This document shows positions 24,986-36,695 of a stretch of DNA of 64,000 nucleotides, in pieces; the stretch's first letter is position 1; every line of letters begins with the position of its first letter. The notes beneath the pieces are model-generated. The model worked only from the letters and a program-made list of their open reading frames with translations. It made no database searches and was not told the origin of the DNA. The DNA is taken from NCBI RefSeq assembly GCF_018977255.1, contig NW_024704743.1, forward strand, positions 53,880,001-53,944,000, read 5' to 3'. Made by a program: the position numbers and the translations under genes. Source of the DNA: Callorhinchus milii (Eukaryota).

Positions 24986-27952
24986 AGATTTTGACTAAAC
25001 AAGAGTGACGTTTTGGGGTTATCTCTATGTTGTGATAATTGTAATCTCACCCCACCTGGTCACTTATTTCACGGCTGTCTGTGGGACACTGCTGTGCACA
25101 AATTGGCTGCTGTGCTTTCCTACAAATAAACAGCCCGACAACTATAACAACAACAATAACTTGCATTTATGTAGCTCCCCTCAAGCAGGGTAGTGTTCCA
25201 GAGCGCTTAATGGTAACACTACACTTTACAGTAAAAATCCCGGTAAGCACTTTGAGATGTGTCGATAACGTGATAAGGCACTATGTCAAATGCAAGGATT
25301 ATTATTACTATAAACTGTATCTTATGTAGATGTACCACAGACCTGCTGTAACAATAGACAATATCCCAAAATGTCACCTAGTTTAGAATAGGAGGAAAGA
25401 GAATGGAATAAAATTGGGCGAAAGAAAGAAACTCTGGAGGTTATGACTTTCAAACGCATGAACAAACACATTTAAATCTCATTCACTCAGATTATTGCCA
25501 CCTCCATGTTTTTGTTGTTCATTTTCAAAGACTCAAATTCTATGACTTTGATTTTCAATAGAGCCTTGCTGTTAAATCCTGCTGTGTTTGCTCTAAATAC
25601 AGCTAATACACCAACTCATTGCCACCTGCATCCATCTGAAATTCCCTGTATCTCCCTTTCACTTATTTTCAACAACCTCCAAACACATCTGTCTCTCTGG
25701 GGATCTCTGCCCTACATTCACTGAAATGCTTGTATCAGTCTGTGCCTCACCCAAACCTCCCGCAACTTCAAACTCCAGTCCAATTTCCAACTTCTGGGAA
25801 ATTGGATTGCAGCCTAAAGTTGGATTGTGGCTCCTAGGATCTGATGCTGGGCAGGAGAATGGTTAGAGTAGCATCCGAGTGGAGTTTCAATAGATTAGAG
25901 AGCATCTGGGTATCTGGATGATAATAATCCTTGCAATTGGTTTAGTGCCTTATCATGTCAGAAGAGTGTCTCAAAACGCTTCACAGGATTTAATGTGAAG
26001 TAGAGTGACTGTAATTATGGGCAAACGGAGCAGCACAATTACGTGGAGCAATGTCCTACAAAGAGCCATGGAGTGAATAATCAAATCTATTTGGGTTATT
26101 GTTAGCTAGGACCCCGGGAGAAACTCACTTCTGAATAATGTCAAGGCATCTTTAACGTCCACCTGAACAGGCAGACGGGACCTCAGTTTAATGTCTCGTC
26201 TGAAGGACAGAGGATGCAAAATTTATGAAGCCGAATCCCATGAATTAGACCACCCTAAAGATTTTCAGTTTTTGTTCTGAGTATTTGTGTTGTGTGACAG
26301 CTCTAACTCTTAGCAGTACAATGTGTCATAACAGATGTAATTTCAAAAATCAAGAATAGTTGTAGAAGGTGGTTTCTTAGTTGACTGCAAGGTTTCTGAA
26401 TATTCAATTGTTTTCGAACTAAGTAATGCAATACAATTTACCTTTACATGGCACCTTTCAAGTTGGATTACATCTCAAAGTGCTTCAGAGGTGAAATAAG
26501 ATGGAGTAGCTGCTGATCGCAAGTGAGTATGTGAGCCATTCAGACCAGATGTCTTATGTGTGATCACTAAACCCATGCTGAGTTTAGCTGATCTCAGTGA
26601 GGCAATAGTAGCGATGCTTACAATTGACTTCATCATCTTTGGGCAAGGGAGAAGGAATCAACCAGTGTTCCTTATGACCACTATCTAGCTGGAGGTTTTT
26701 ACTGATGACACCAATAAGGTCAAGACTAAGTTTGGTTAAAATGTGCCCATGGGAGCATAGCCTGACGATTTTCACGGTAATGGCTCATACAAAATACACA
26801 GTCATTATACTTTATGGTATCTGGCTATGAAATACATGGTCATTAACTTTACGGTATATCCTGGTATGCCACAAAACATACCAAGGTACACTTCAAAACA
26901 TATCTCCATGATTATGCTTTTGGTCATCTTCCCCTGCCCAACCCCTCAGCTTGCACCACAGCTCTGGAGCCCAGCTGGAATTATCAAGCACTTTAGGATG
27001 TCCTGCTGACATAAAAGGTGATATATAAATGTAAGGATTATTATTATAATAGCCCCTTTTCTTTGGTTGGCTGGGTGTCTGACATGTGCGGAAACCCATC
27101 ACCATGTTTAAGAGTATCTAATACAGGCAGAGTTCTATGCATGACACCTACAAATGGAAACTCTTAAGTTTGGAATAGAATGTGGACTCTTTCCCCGGAT
27201 GGACGCATCCTGCTTACCTAATTCCAGAGAGTAGTAGGTGCAGATTGCTGAGAGTTAAGGCTTGGGGACCGCAGAGTGTGCGTTTGGGTACTGCTGGAAT
27301 CTAAAACTGCATAGCTTGTTCTTGATATCACTGTCTGGGTAGCTTCCTGGTGCTTGTCCTACTTGGGCCAATCTACTGATAGGTCTTTGGCTTGTAGGCC
27401 AGTGAGCGAGTTACTGGAAGACAAATGGCATTTGTGGACCTGCATCCTAGTATCACCCCTGGAGTCAAATGCATTCAGGAGAGGTTGTGAGGCAATAGCA
27501 TCAAATAAGGATGGCAAATTTGAGCTCAAAATTCAGGATCACCTGAGTTCCAGTTATCTAAAACCATTAAAAAGTGCATTCAGACTCCGATTGGTTTCAA
27601 TTACTATTGCAACAGATCAATAGTTAAATAGGAACTTGGCACTCAGGCACATTTATATTGACCTAGAGACAGGAACAGCAATCTTACCCATTCAGCTTTG
27701 GTCTGCATTCAATGGGAGACCATTCAATCATCCCTTGCATCGATTATTATCACTAATCCAATGCCTGTGGGAGTTTTAAACCTGTTCTCTTAAATTTACT
27801 GCTACAAGAGAGAAAAAAGAAGGGATCTAAGTAAGAAAGGATGGGTAAGATTTGATTCCTTTAGAATATCAATGTTAGGGATTTATGGCATTATCAATAT
27901 TAGCAGCACACAAATAAAGCATTTGAAAATGTTCCTTCCTCACAAGTAGTGC

Positions 27953-27990
27953 TGCAGTATTCCCACATTGTGTCACTAAGGGGAGCACTG
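27953..27990 (+). promoter_or_regulatory. candidate CTCF site with upstream motif
   Basis: TGCAGTATTCC, spacer, then GTCACTAAGGGGAGCAC (core has mismatches). Confidence 0.35.
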
Positions 27991-28385
27991 GGTCAAGGAA
28001 ACAGCACTTGTTTCAAATAGTATGAACAGTGTCGAAATCTCCAGGGTTCAACACAGAATTCACTGATAATAACTCAGAGTTGTTTTAACAACCAAACTAG
28101 TGAGAACCCAGTGCTCTCCTTCTCACACATTGGAACAGGGATCCTGTTAGTGAATCTCCTGGATTCCCTGTTAGTGATTCTGAAGTTCTACAATTGGCCT
28201 CCAACTACATTGGCTAAACTTCAGAAATTACAACACAACACAAATACAATACAAATTTGCATTTATGTAGCGCCTTCCATAATAAACAATCCTTGCATTA
28301 GAATCTAGCTGTAGGAAGCACAGAAAATCTTGAAGAAATTATCGTGGAGTATGTGTGTGAGTCACAGGTTTTCCACAATCTATTG

Positions 28386-28469
28386 CAGGGATGGCTAACT
28401 TGTGCCCCATGGGCAGCATGGAGCCCTCATAGCTATTCTACCATACGGACCACAAGTTATCCATCCCTG
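28386..28469. mobile_element. 84-bp hAT-type MITE
   Basis: 19-bp TIRs CAGGGATGGCTAACTTGTG / CACAAGTTATCCATCCCTG (1 mismatch). 8-bp flanks ATCTATTG / ACCTAATG match 6/8 with central TA. Confidence 0.75.
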
Positions 28470-28933
28470 ACCTAATGCATGTTCCAGCTGCCCTACTGCA
28501 GCAAGTGATGGATAGCTCTGCCTTTGAACAGACTCTTTGCTACAGGAAGCCTTTCCTTGCCTGCACTGGTGTTAGTGATCAAATTAAAATATAGTGGGTG
28601 GAAGCATCCTGTCTGTCGGTATGTTACCATCTGTTTCACACTTAGAGTGAAATGCTTATCTTGGTGCTATCCTGGTACAATCAATCATGATCGGCTTCAC
28701 AGATTAATTCCCAAAGAGTAAATGCCCAATTAAACCAATTGTTAAATGGCAGCTCTGAATAAAATAATACCATATCCTGGTACATGCCTGTATGACCTAT
28801 GCAGTAGTTATGATAAATAATTCTCTCACATGAATTATAATAATAATAATTCTTGTATTTGAAGTAGCACTTTTTCACATCATTAAAACTCAGCAAGCTC
28901 TTCATGAGATTTACTGTTAAGTGTAGTGACTCT

Positions 28934-29251
28934 ATAATAATAATAATGCTTGCATTTGATATAGCGCTTTTCACGTCGGGAGGACGTCCCAAAGCGCTTC
29001 ACAGAACACACTGTAAAGTGAATTGACTGTATATTTCTGGGCGAACGCGGCAGCCAATTGCGCACAGCAATGTCCCACAAACAGTCGTAGATTGAAAATG
29101 GCCAATTTAATAATTGTTTTTGGTTTTTGGAGGGATTATTATTAGGCGTGTGGAGTAAGGAAACTTGCCCAAGGTTTCGCCCTGCCTGGAATTGAACTCA
29201 GGTCTCTCACTTGCAAAGCGAGTGCTCTAACCACTGAGCTACAGGACTCCA
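28934..29251 (-). mobile_element. young full-length SINE, adjacent to or inside an older SINE tail (28835-28933)
   Basis: Near-consensus copy. Confidence 0.92.
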
Positions 29252-30209
29252 CTCTGTTTTGTACTGTACAGTATCTTGTAGGTAGATGGATTGGCAGCAA
29301 TAGTCAATGTCAGGATTAACTGTGTCTTTGATGTGTATCAGCATTCTTCTCTACTCACAATCCAGGATTTTTCTCACAAATTTAATTTGCACCTGGGTCA
29401 ATACTTGATACCATTAGCTGATAAAGGTTCCCTTGTTATGTTTTTCCTCAGAAATCCGATAGTCACAAACCAAAAGTAACAATTAAAGCAACAAATCTGA
29501 TTTGCGAATATTGCATTTCAGAATTTATGGAATCTTATACAACACAAACTCGTTCTGTTGGTTTCTTTCTCACGGTTGTTGGATATCTCAGAGAGTGCAG
29601 ATTGTTCGTCACAAGTACAAGATGTATCTGGTGGGTAGATCAGTGTGGGAAGTACTGGAGGATTGGAAACTCTTAAGTAACTGGTCCACTATAAATAAAG
29701 GAGATGGTCGTTGAGGGGTGCTCAACAAACATGGTCACTTTCACCAATTTAAATAGTTCTGAATTCCCTCCTTCAAATTATTGAGAGGTTCTTTCTATTA
29801 TCATAATAATAATTTTTGCACTTGATATTGTGCCTCATCGCGTCGTTGAGATGTCCCAATGCCCTTCACAGAATATACCATATATTGGATTGACTGTTTA
29901 TTTTATTTGCGAAACGTGGCAGCTAATTGCGCACAGCAGTGTCCCACAAACGCTCAGTAAAATGTAAAATTGTACGAGCCAAAAACCCACCCCGAGTGTA
30001 GACAATTCCACATTTTTACTTATTCGATTTACTTAAATTACTATTATTCATTTTAGTTGTTAGGGAGGATTTATTTGACTTACTATAAAATGACTTATTT
30101 TATTTGTTATGATAGTTGTTAACAGAGGAACAGGAGAGAGTATATTAATCACTTCAAAAAATCTGTACAGCCAAAAAATGTTTTGTGGAGGCATAAATTT
30201 GCATAAATT

Positions 30210-30507
30210 TGGGATCAGGGAGAGTGGAGGGCAGAGAGAGTGGCTGAAGGTACAGTCAAAGAGGAGGGTCTTGAGGCGTGCCTTGAAGGAAGCAAGCGAG
30301 GGAGTGAGGTGAAGGTAATGTGGGATGGAGTTCCAGAGGGTGGGGGCAGAGAGACTGAAGGCCTGACTGCCGATGGTGAAGGGGGCCATGCAGAGGACAA
30401 GGAACAGGCCAGAGCCTGTGAGCGGAAGGAGCGGACAGGGTAATAAGGGGTTAACAGGTCGGAGAGGTAGGAGGGGGTAAGGCCATGGAGGGTCTTGAAG
30501 GTGAGGA
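30210..30507 (-). mobile_element. L2 LINE 3' ORF2 fragment
   Basis: [18 protein letters not shown] and AFSLSAPTLWNSIP..FKARLKTLLF. Confidence 0.88.
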
Positions 30508-30946
30508 CATTAGAAAGAACATTGCCACATGTTAGCTTTAATCTCTTCACTTGAATCCCCTGTTCCCGATAAATCAGGTGTCTGTCACCTGGTTACCGCT
30601 TACCAGATGAAGATTAAGTAAGTATTTTGTGAAAGTTGAACGAGCTTCATAGCTTTATTTAAGATGTTCTTTCTAACTTTTTGAATTTATGCCCCACAAA
30701 AAAATATTCTTTTGCCTGCACAGATTCTCTAAGTGAATGATGTTCTCTCTCCTGTTCTTTTGTTAACCGCTTAGTTAATTTCCCTCGAGTGAGATATATT
30801 TTTGCTCTCATTCCTGATGAGTTATTATATTTTCCCTAATGTGTCTCAGCAGGAATGATAGGTAAGCTAAACAGTGCATGGAGAATAAACAAGTGAAGTT
30901 GCAGAGCACATTTTAACAGATCAAGGATTCATAACGTGAAAGAAGC

Positions 30947-31283
30947 AATAATAATCCTTGGATTTGATAATGCGCCTTATCATGTTGTTGAGATCTCTCG
31001 AAGTGCTTTACAGAATATATTGTAAAGTGGATTGACTGTGTATTTTGTGGGCAAAATGTGGCAGCCAGGTGCGTACAGCAGTGTTCCACAAACAGTCATA
31101 GATTGTGCGAACAAATTACTATTAATTTTTTTGAAGTGATTATTACTCCTGGAGAGCAATCTGCCAATTGACAGCCAGGTTCCTACTTACTGCTAGGTAA
31201 ACAGAGGTATGTGGCGTAAGAAACCTATCCTAGGGTTTTGCCCTGTCTGGGAATCAAACCAAGGTCCTCTCACTTGCGAGGCA
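30947..31283 (-). mobile_element. SINE, long subfamily
   Basis: Tail, Deu-like core, internal segment and B-box region. Confidence 0.85.
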
Positions 31284-34200
31284 ATAAAAGTGCATTCGGT
31301 CCGTCAAGCCTGCTCCATTCATTGACTATGTAAATCTCTGCCCCCATCAATTTAAAGTGATTGATTTGTCTTGTCAACCCATCCGAGGAAGGCTATGTGA
31401 TATTCTCTAATCAAAATGTACAATGATAGAACAGAGCTAAAGGGATAGTCAGCTCTTTTCTAGCTTCAAAAATTGCACGGAATACACATCGTCCATGAGC
31501 ACTGTGCCAACAGTAGTGGTATTACACAGTATCGATATTACGACACCTTGTGAACAGATCATCATCCCCTGACACAAAACAGAACATTGAGGACGAACAT
31601 GACCAATTCTGTTAAGATCGGCTAATTGATGACCTCCTCGGCAAAGGGTGTGGGAAGAAAAAAGCCTGACAGTCTGCAATTGATTGATCACTGCAACCAA
31701 ATGCACTGCCACCCATGACAAAAAGGGGATGCTGCTGAGGAGAAATCCCAACACCCACCCCAACCCCATATACGCACACATACCCTGGATGGAGGCACCA
31801 AAATTTTTAACAATATAACTTGGAGAAAAAAAAGTGAACCTGCAGCCCATAGAGAGGTCAATGTCATTATTGATGATAGAGTTACTTTCTCCTTTGATCA
31901 ATTAAAACATTAGGTTAAAAACCAATTTACTGTGTCTTCATTACTATTAGAAACTCTAACCACATTACCATCTGATGGATTTTACAGAGGGACCCAAAGG
32001 ATTGATGGTAATTGGAAGCATTAACAGGGAAAGACTCCACTACCAGACAATGACAAGCAGTGGAAATTGTCTTTGTGAAAACATGATGTATCCGATGAAT
32101 GAGTTTGAACCTTCCAACATGACTGCTGATCTCCACTGAAAAGAATGACCAATTTAAAATAGGCTGTAGAGAATTTAAATGGAGAAAAATGGACTTAGCT
32201 GAAGGTACTAATTGTAATACTAAATAATAATCCTTACATTTGATATGACATTTCATATCTGGAGTGTCTCACAGGATTTACCATAAAGTGTAGTGACTGT
32301 GTATTTTGTAGGTGAAATGGCACCTAATTAGCACATAACATTGCCCTACAAACGGCCAATGAAGTGCATGACCAATCAGAGAGCAATGTAGCAATTATCT
32401 TGAATGACATCAAAAGAATATTTTTCACCATTTCCTTGACGTAAGTCTTGGGATGATGATGCTGCGTTAGGCTAACAGTTGTGAGACCAGCCTTTCGTGC
32501 TCTGAGATGTTATCCTGGGTGAATGGCGCTGTATAAATTGTTGTTGTCCCAATACTCACTAAATATAAATGGAATCTTTAATTCCATGAACTGGAAGACA
32601 AGCTAGTCAACCTTAATAGTGACTGGCTCAGCATTAATAACAGACACTGGTTTCATATTCACTACAAATATCAAAACAATAATATTGACAACATAGCTAA
32701 TTGTGAATTCTGATAAACCGGTGTAGTGCATAAACCGTTGAAAGCAAAAAGTCTCAACACCGTTCACACTTCAGCCATTTGTTGAACATGTGTAATACCG
32801 TATCTGTATTCCAGATATTTTCCCAAGTGAGAAAATAATTGCATTTTATAGCACCTTATGAAATGCCTCAAAGCACTTCACAGTTAATTACAGTCAAGTA
32901 TAGTGATTTACAAGAATTTGTGTCAGTTTGGCTCACTTGGTAGCACTCTCGTCTATGAGTCAGAATGTTGTGTGTTCGAGTCCTGCCTCAGAACTCTAGG
33001 CTGACCCTCCAGTGCACTGTTGGGGGTGAGTTGCATTGTTGGAGATGCCGTCCTTTGGATGAAATGTTAAACTGCGGTCCCATTTACTTATTCATGTGGG
33101 CGTTAAAGATGCACATTAGACTCCATCATTGATATTCATTCTTATTTGTACATGCATTCATGTTCAAGGTAAAATTGTCAAATGTATATATATAAATATG
33201 ATAATAATAATCCTTGCATTTGATATAGCGCCCTTTCATATTGAGACATCTCAAAGCGCTTCACAGGACATACTGCAAAATGGATTGACTGTGTATTTTG
33301 TGGGCAGCCAATTTGCAGAGAATATTATCGTGCAGTGACCAATTTTATTTGTGGCTTGGTGGCCAGGTCACCAGGAAAAAGTACCTTCTCATCATGAATA
33401 ATACCATTGGATCTTCAACATCCACCTGAATAGGCAGACAGGACCTCGGTTTAACGTCTCACCTGGCACCTCTGACAATGCGACACACCACCAGCTGTGT
33501 CTAAGCTGATACAGCATTGGAGTGTCAGCTTAACTGTGTGATCCCACATAGTGTAAATAAATATATACTGAACAAAATAATGAATAATGTAGCTCCCACT
33601 TTCATGCCTATAAACAAATAATAATCCTTGAATTTGATATTGCACCTTTCAAGTTGGAGAACGTCTCAACGTGCTTCATAGGATTTACTGTAAATGCAAG
33701 AAAACGGACATATGGAGAACATCCAGTAAGCAGTAAGTACAAGCACATCCAATGTAATAATTCTAATACTACTAATAATAATTCTTGCATTCGACATAGC
33801 AACTTTCACAGCAGGAGAATAAATCGCTTCACATGATTTTACTGTAAAGGATAGTGACTGTATATTTTGTGTGAATATGTTTTATATTATAGTATACTAC
33901 AGTGTGTCTAATTTTAATATGGGTGCTAATATACATTTTAAAAATGCAAGTTTCATAATTAGAATATTTAACATTACTTTTTGAATTTCAAGATGTTTCA
34001 AGTTTGCCTAAAAAATACAATCACAAGACCTCACACTATATATTTGAGATGTCCTTCCAACATAAAAGGCGCTATATCAAATCTAAGGATTATTGTTATT
34101 ATCAAAGTACTAAAATTTTCTGTCATTGCAAGATGTGAAATCTTCACAATACTGAACAGCATTTCAGAGTAATGTTCTATTCTTCAGACTGTCCCCATGA

Positions 34201-35752
34201 ATGTCAGGAAAGATGAAGTTACATCACAGATTATATAAATTATAAAAATATAAACATATATCCTTATAATTCATATACTGTAATATGAGGCAAATTACAA
34301 TATTTCCCAGGCAGTCTGCCGTCTCACCCTTATTGTTATTTTCTTTTATAGTCACACTGGGAAATCTTTTGCTATTCTTCATCCTTCACGTTGCAAATAA
34401 ATGAAGTGAAGCTACCGGGAAGCTATGTGAAACAAAAGAAGAATTATAAATATCGGAAATCTGTAATAAAAACAGAAAATACTGGAAATGCACTTAACGT
34501 CTGCAAGAGAATGAGAGGTTAGCTAAAACCACAACCGACTGTTGATTTCCACATTTTTCTGTTCTTTCAGAAATGCAAAGCCTCTGCCTACTGCTCGCTT
34601 GCTAATGAAATTAACATTTAGGTAACTCCAGTCAAAGTTAATGCTGCACAAAGTAACACAGTCTGCGCTAGTGCTAAGCACAATCCATCGGATATTGGCA
34701 CCAGTGCTACACTGGCACTTGTGAACATCGTTCACTTTTTGAAATTCAATTTTTTTTCAGGTATGTTATCGATCCAAGTTTTTTTTAAAAAAATGATTGC
34801 GAGGGAAAAGGAATTACAGGGTCTGTCTGGCAGCCTGCCACCAGATGTATTACACACATTCAAGTTCTGCCTCATTACCACCAGGCAACAAAACGGCTCT
34901 CTCCAGTAACCCACTTGATCAATGTCCTTCACAAGCGAGGATGACAGAGTGTGCAACTCCGATTACCAATCCTTCTCGGTTCTCAATGATGCTAGCTCGC
35001 TGGCTTGACAGGCAGAAATGTGTAATATAAAATATCTAAAGGCACACCATAACTTTCCACAGCTTCACAGCAAATACTATAAGATGAGGATTTGATAAGT
35101 ATGTTGTGTTTTAATGACAGGAAAGGATTGAATTTGTTGTTTGCACCCAATCATGATGGATTTTCAACCTATCTGATATTTCACATTTTGGACACTTTTT
35201 TAACGTTATTAGGTAGTTAGAAACCAATAAAGTCAATGTAGTTTATTCAGTGAACAGTTTTATTGGTCTTGTATCAAGCTCTGCTGCTCCTTCCTCAGAA
35301 TGTTGCCATTACCCTCAATGGACTCTGACCGTTCTGTGGTAAAGATTCTGTTTTTGTTTTTTACGTTGGAATGATAGATATATATGTATAACAAATGTTA
35401 TTTAACCTTTAGTGAATTTGAACACTAATACAATTTTTCAAAGCGTGAAGACAAATCGAACATCAAAGTAAACATGTGAAAATTCCGGGATGTTAGGTGA
35501 TAATTAAAACATTTTTAAATTCTTATGAACACTGGAGCACACTACATTGAAAGTATTGACACTACTGCTCTTGAAAACTGCTCATATCGTTTGAATGACG
35601 ATGTTGTCTCTTGTGCTGCAGCTTCCTCAGTCATTATTTCCAAAATTCTGCAGGACAGGACCTTTAATTAAGTTAATTCACTTTATATTATATTCGGTGA
35701 AGTGCTTTGAGATAATAATAATAATAATCCTTGCATTTGACATCACGTCTTC

Positions 35753-36073
35753 GGGCCTTCAGCCTCTCAGCCCCTAGGCTCTGGAACTCTATCCCCCAGT
35801 GCCCTCGCCTTGCTTCCTCCTTCAAGGCCGGTCTCAAAACCTTTCTCTTTGACCGAGCTTTCAGCTCCCCTCTCGACTCTCTTCCCCCTCCTCGCTCTCT
35901 CCCTTCCCTCCCCTCACCCTGACCATTTCCCCCCTCCTCGCTCCCTCCCTCCCTTCCCTCCCCTCACCCTGACCATTTCCCCCCTGCTCGGGTCATGACC
36001 CAACTGTGCAGCGCCTTGGGACGTCCTCCTGACGTGAAAGGCGCTTTATAAATGGAATCTTGTTGTTGTTGTT
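35753..36073 (+). mobile_element. L2 3' end inserted in a SINE, 6-bp TSD GTCTTC
   Basis: [24 protein letters not shown], stem-loop and (TTG)n tail. GTCTTC at 35747-35752 and 36074-36079. Confidence 0.88.
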
Positions 36074-36235
36074 GTCTTCTAGACCTCTCAAAGCGCTTCA
36101 CAGAATATACTGTAAAGTGAATTGACTACATTTGTGGGTGAAATGTGGCAGCCAATTGCGCACAGCAGTGTCTCACAAACAGTCTTGGATTGAAGTGACC
36201 AATTTATTATTACATTTTTCTTGAGTGATTATTTC

Positions 36236-36560
36236 GTAGTCCTGTAGCTCAGTGGTTAGAGCACTCGCTTTGCAAGCGAGAGACCTGAGTTCAATTCCAG
36301 GCAGGGCGAAACCTTGGGCAAGTTTCCTTACTCCAGACGCCTAATAATAATCCCTCCAAAAAACAATAATAAATTGGTCATTTTCATTTCATTTCCAATC
36401 TACGACTGTTTGTGAGACATTGCTGTGTGCAATTGGCTGCCGCGTTCGCCCACAAATATACAGTCAATTCACTTTACAGTGTGTTCTGTGAAGTGCTTTG
36501 GGACGTCCTCCCGACGTGAAAAGCGCTATATCAAATGCAAGGATTATTATTTTTATTATT
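36236..36560 (+). mobile_element. young full-length SINE nested in an older minus-strand SINE
   Basis: Near-consensus copy that splits the host SINE (35713-36648). Confidence 0.9.
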
Positions 36561-36695
36561 ATCTCTGATATTATTATCAGGCGTGTGGAGTAAGGAAATG
36601 TGCCCAAGGCTTTGCCCTGCCGGGAATGGAACCCAGGTCTCTTGCTTGCCTTGAAGATGTGATAAGGCACTATATCAAATGCAAGAATTATTATT

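Noticed and set aside
25778..25806. 10-bp inverted repeat TCCAATTTCC...GGAAATTGGA
   Set aside because: Probably the centre of a decayed palindromic MITE. Too short to support an ncRNA or terminator call.
28929..29255. Apparent 5-bp TSD ACTCT around the SINE at 28934-29251
   Set aside because: Several copies begin GTGGAGTCC, so the AC probably belongs to the element. The TSD is ambiguous.
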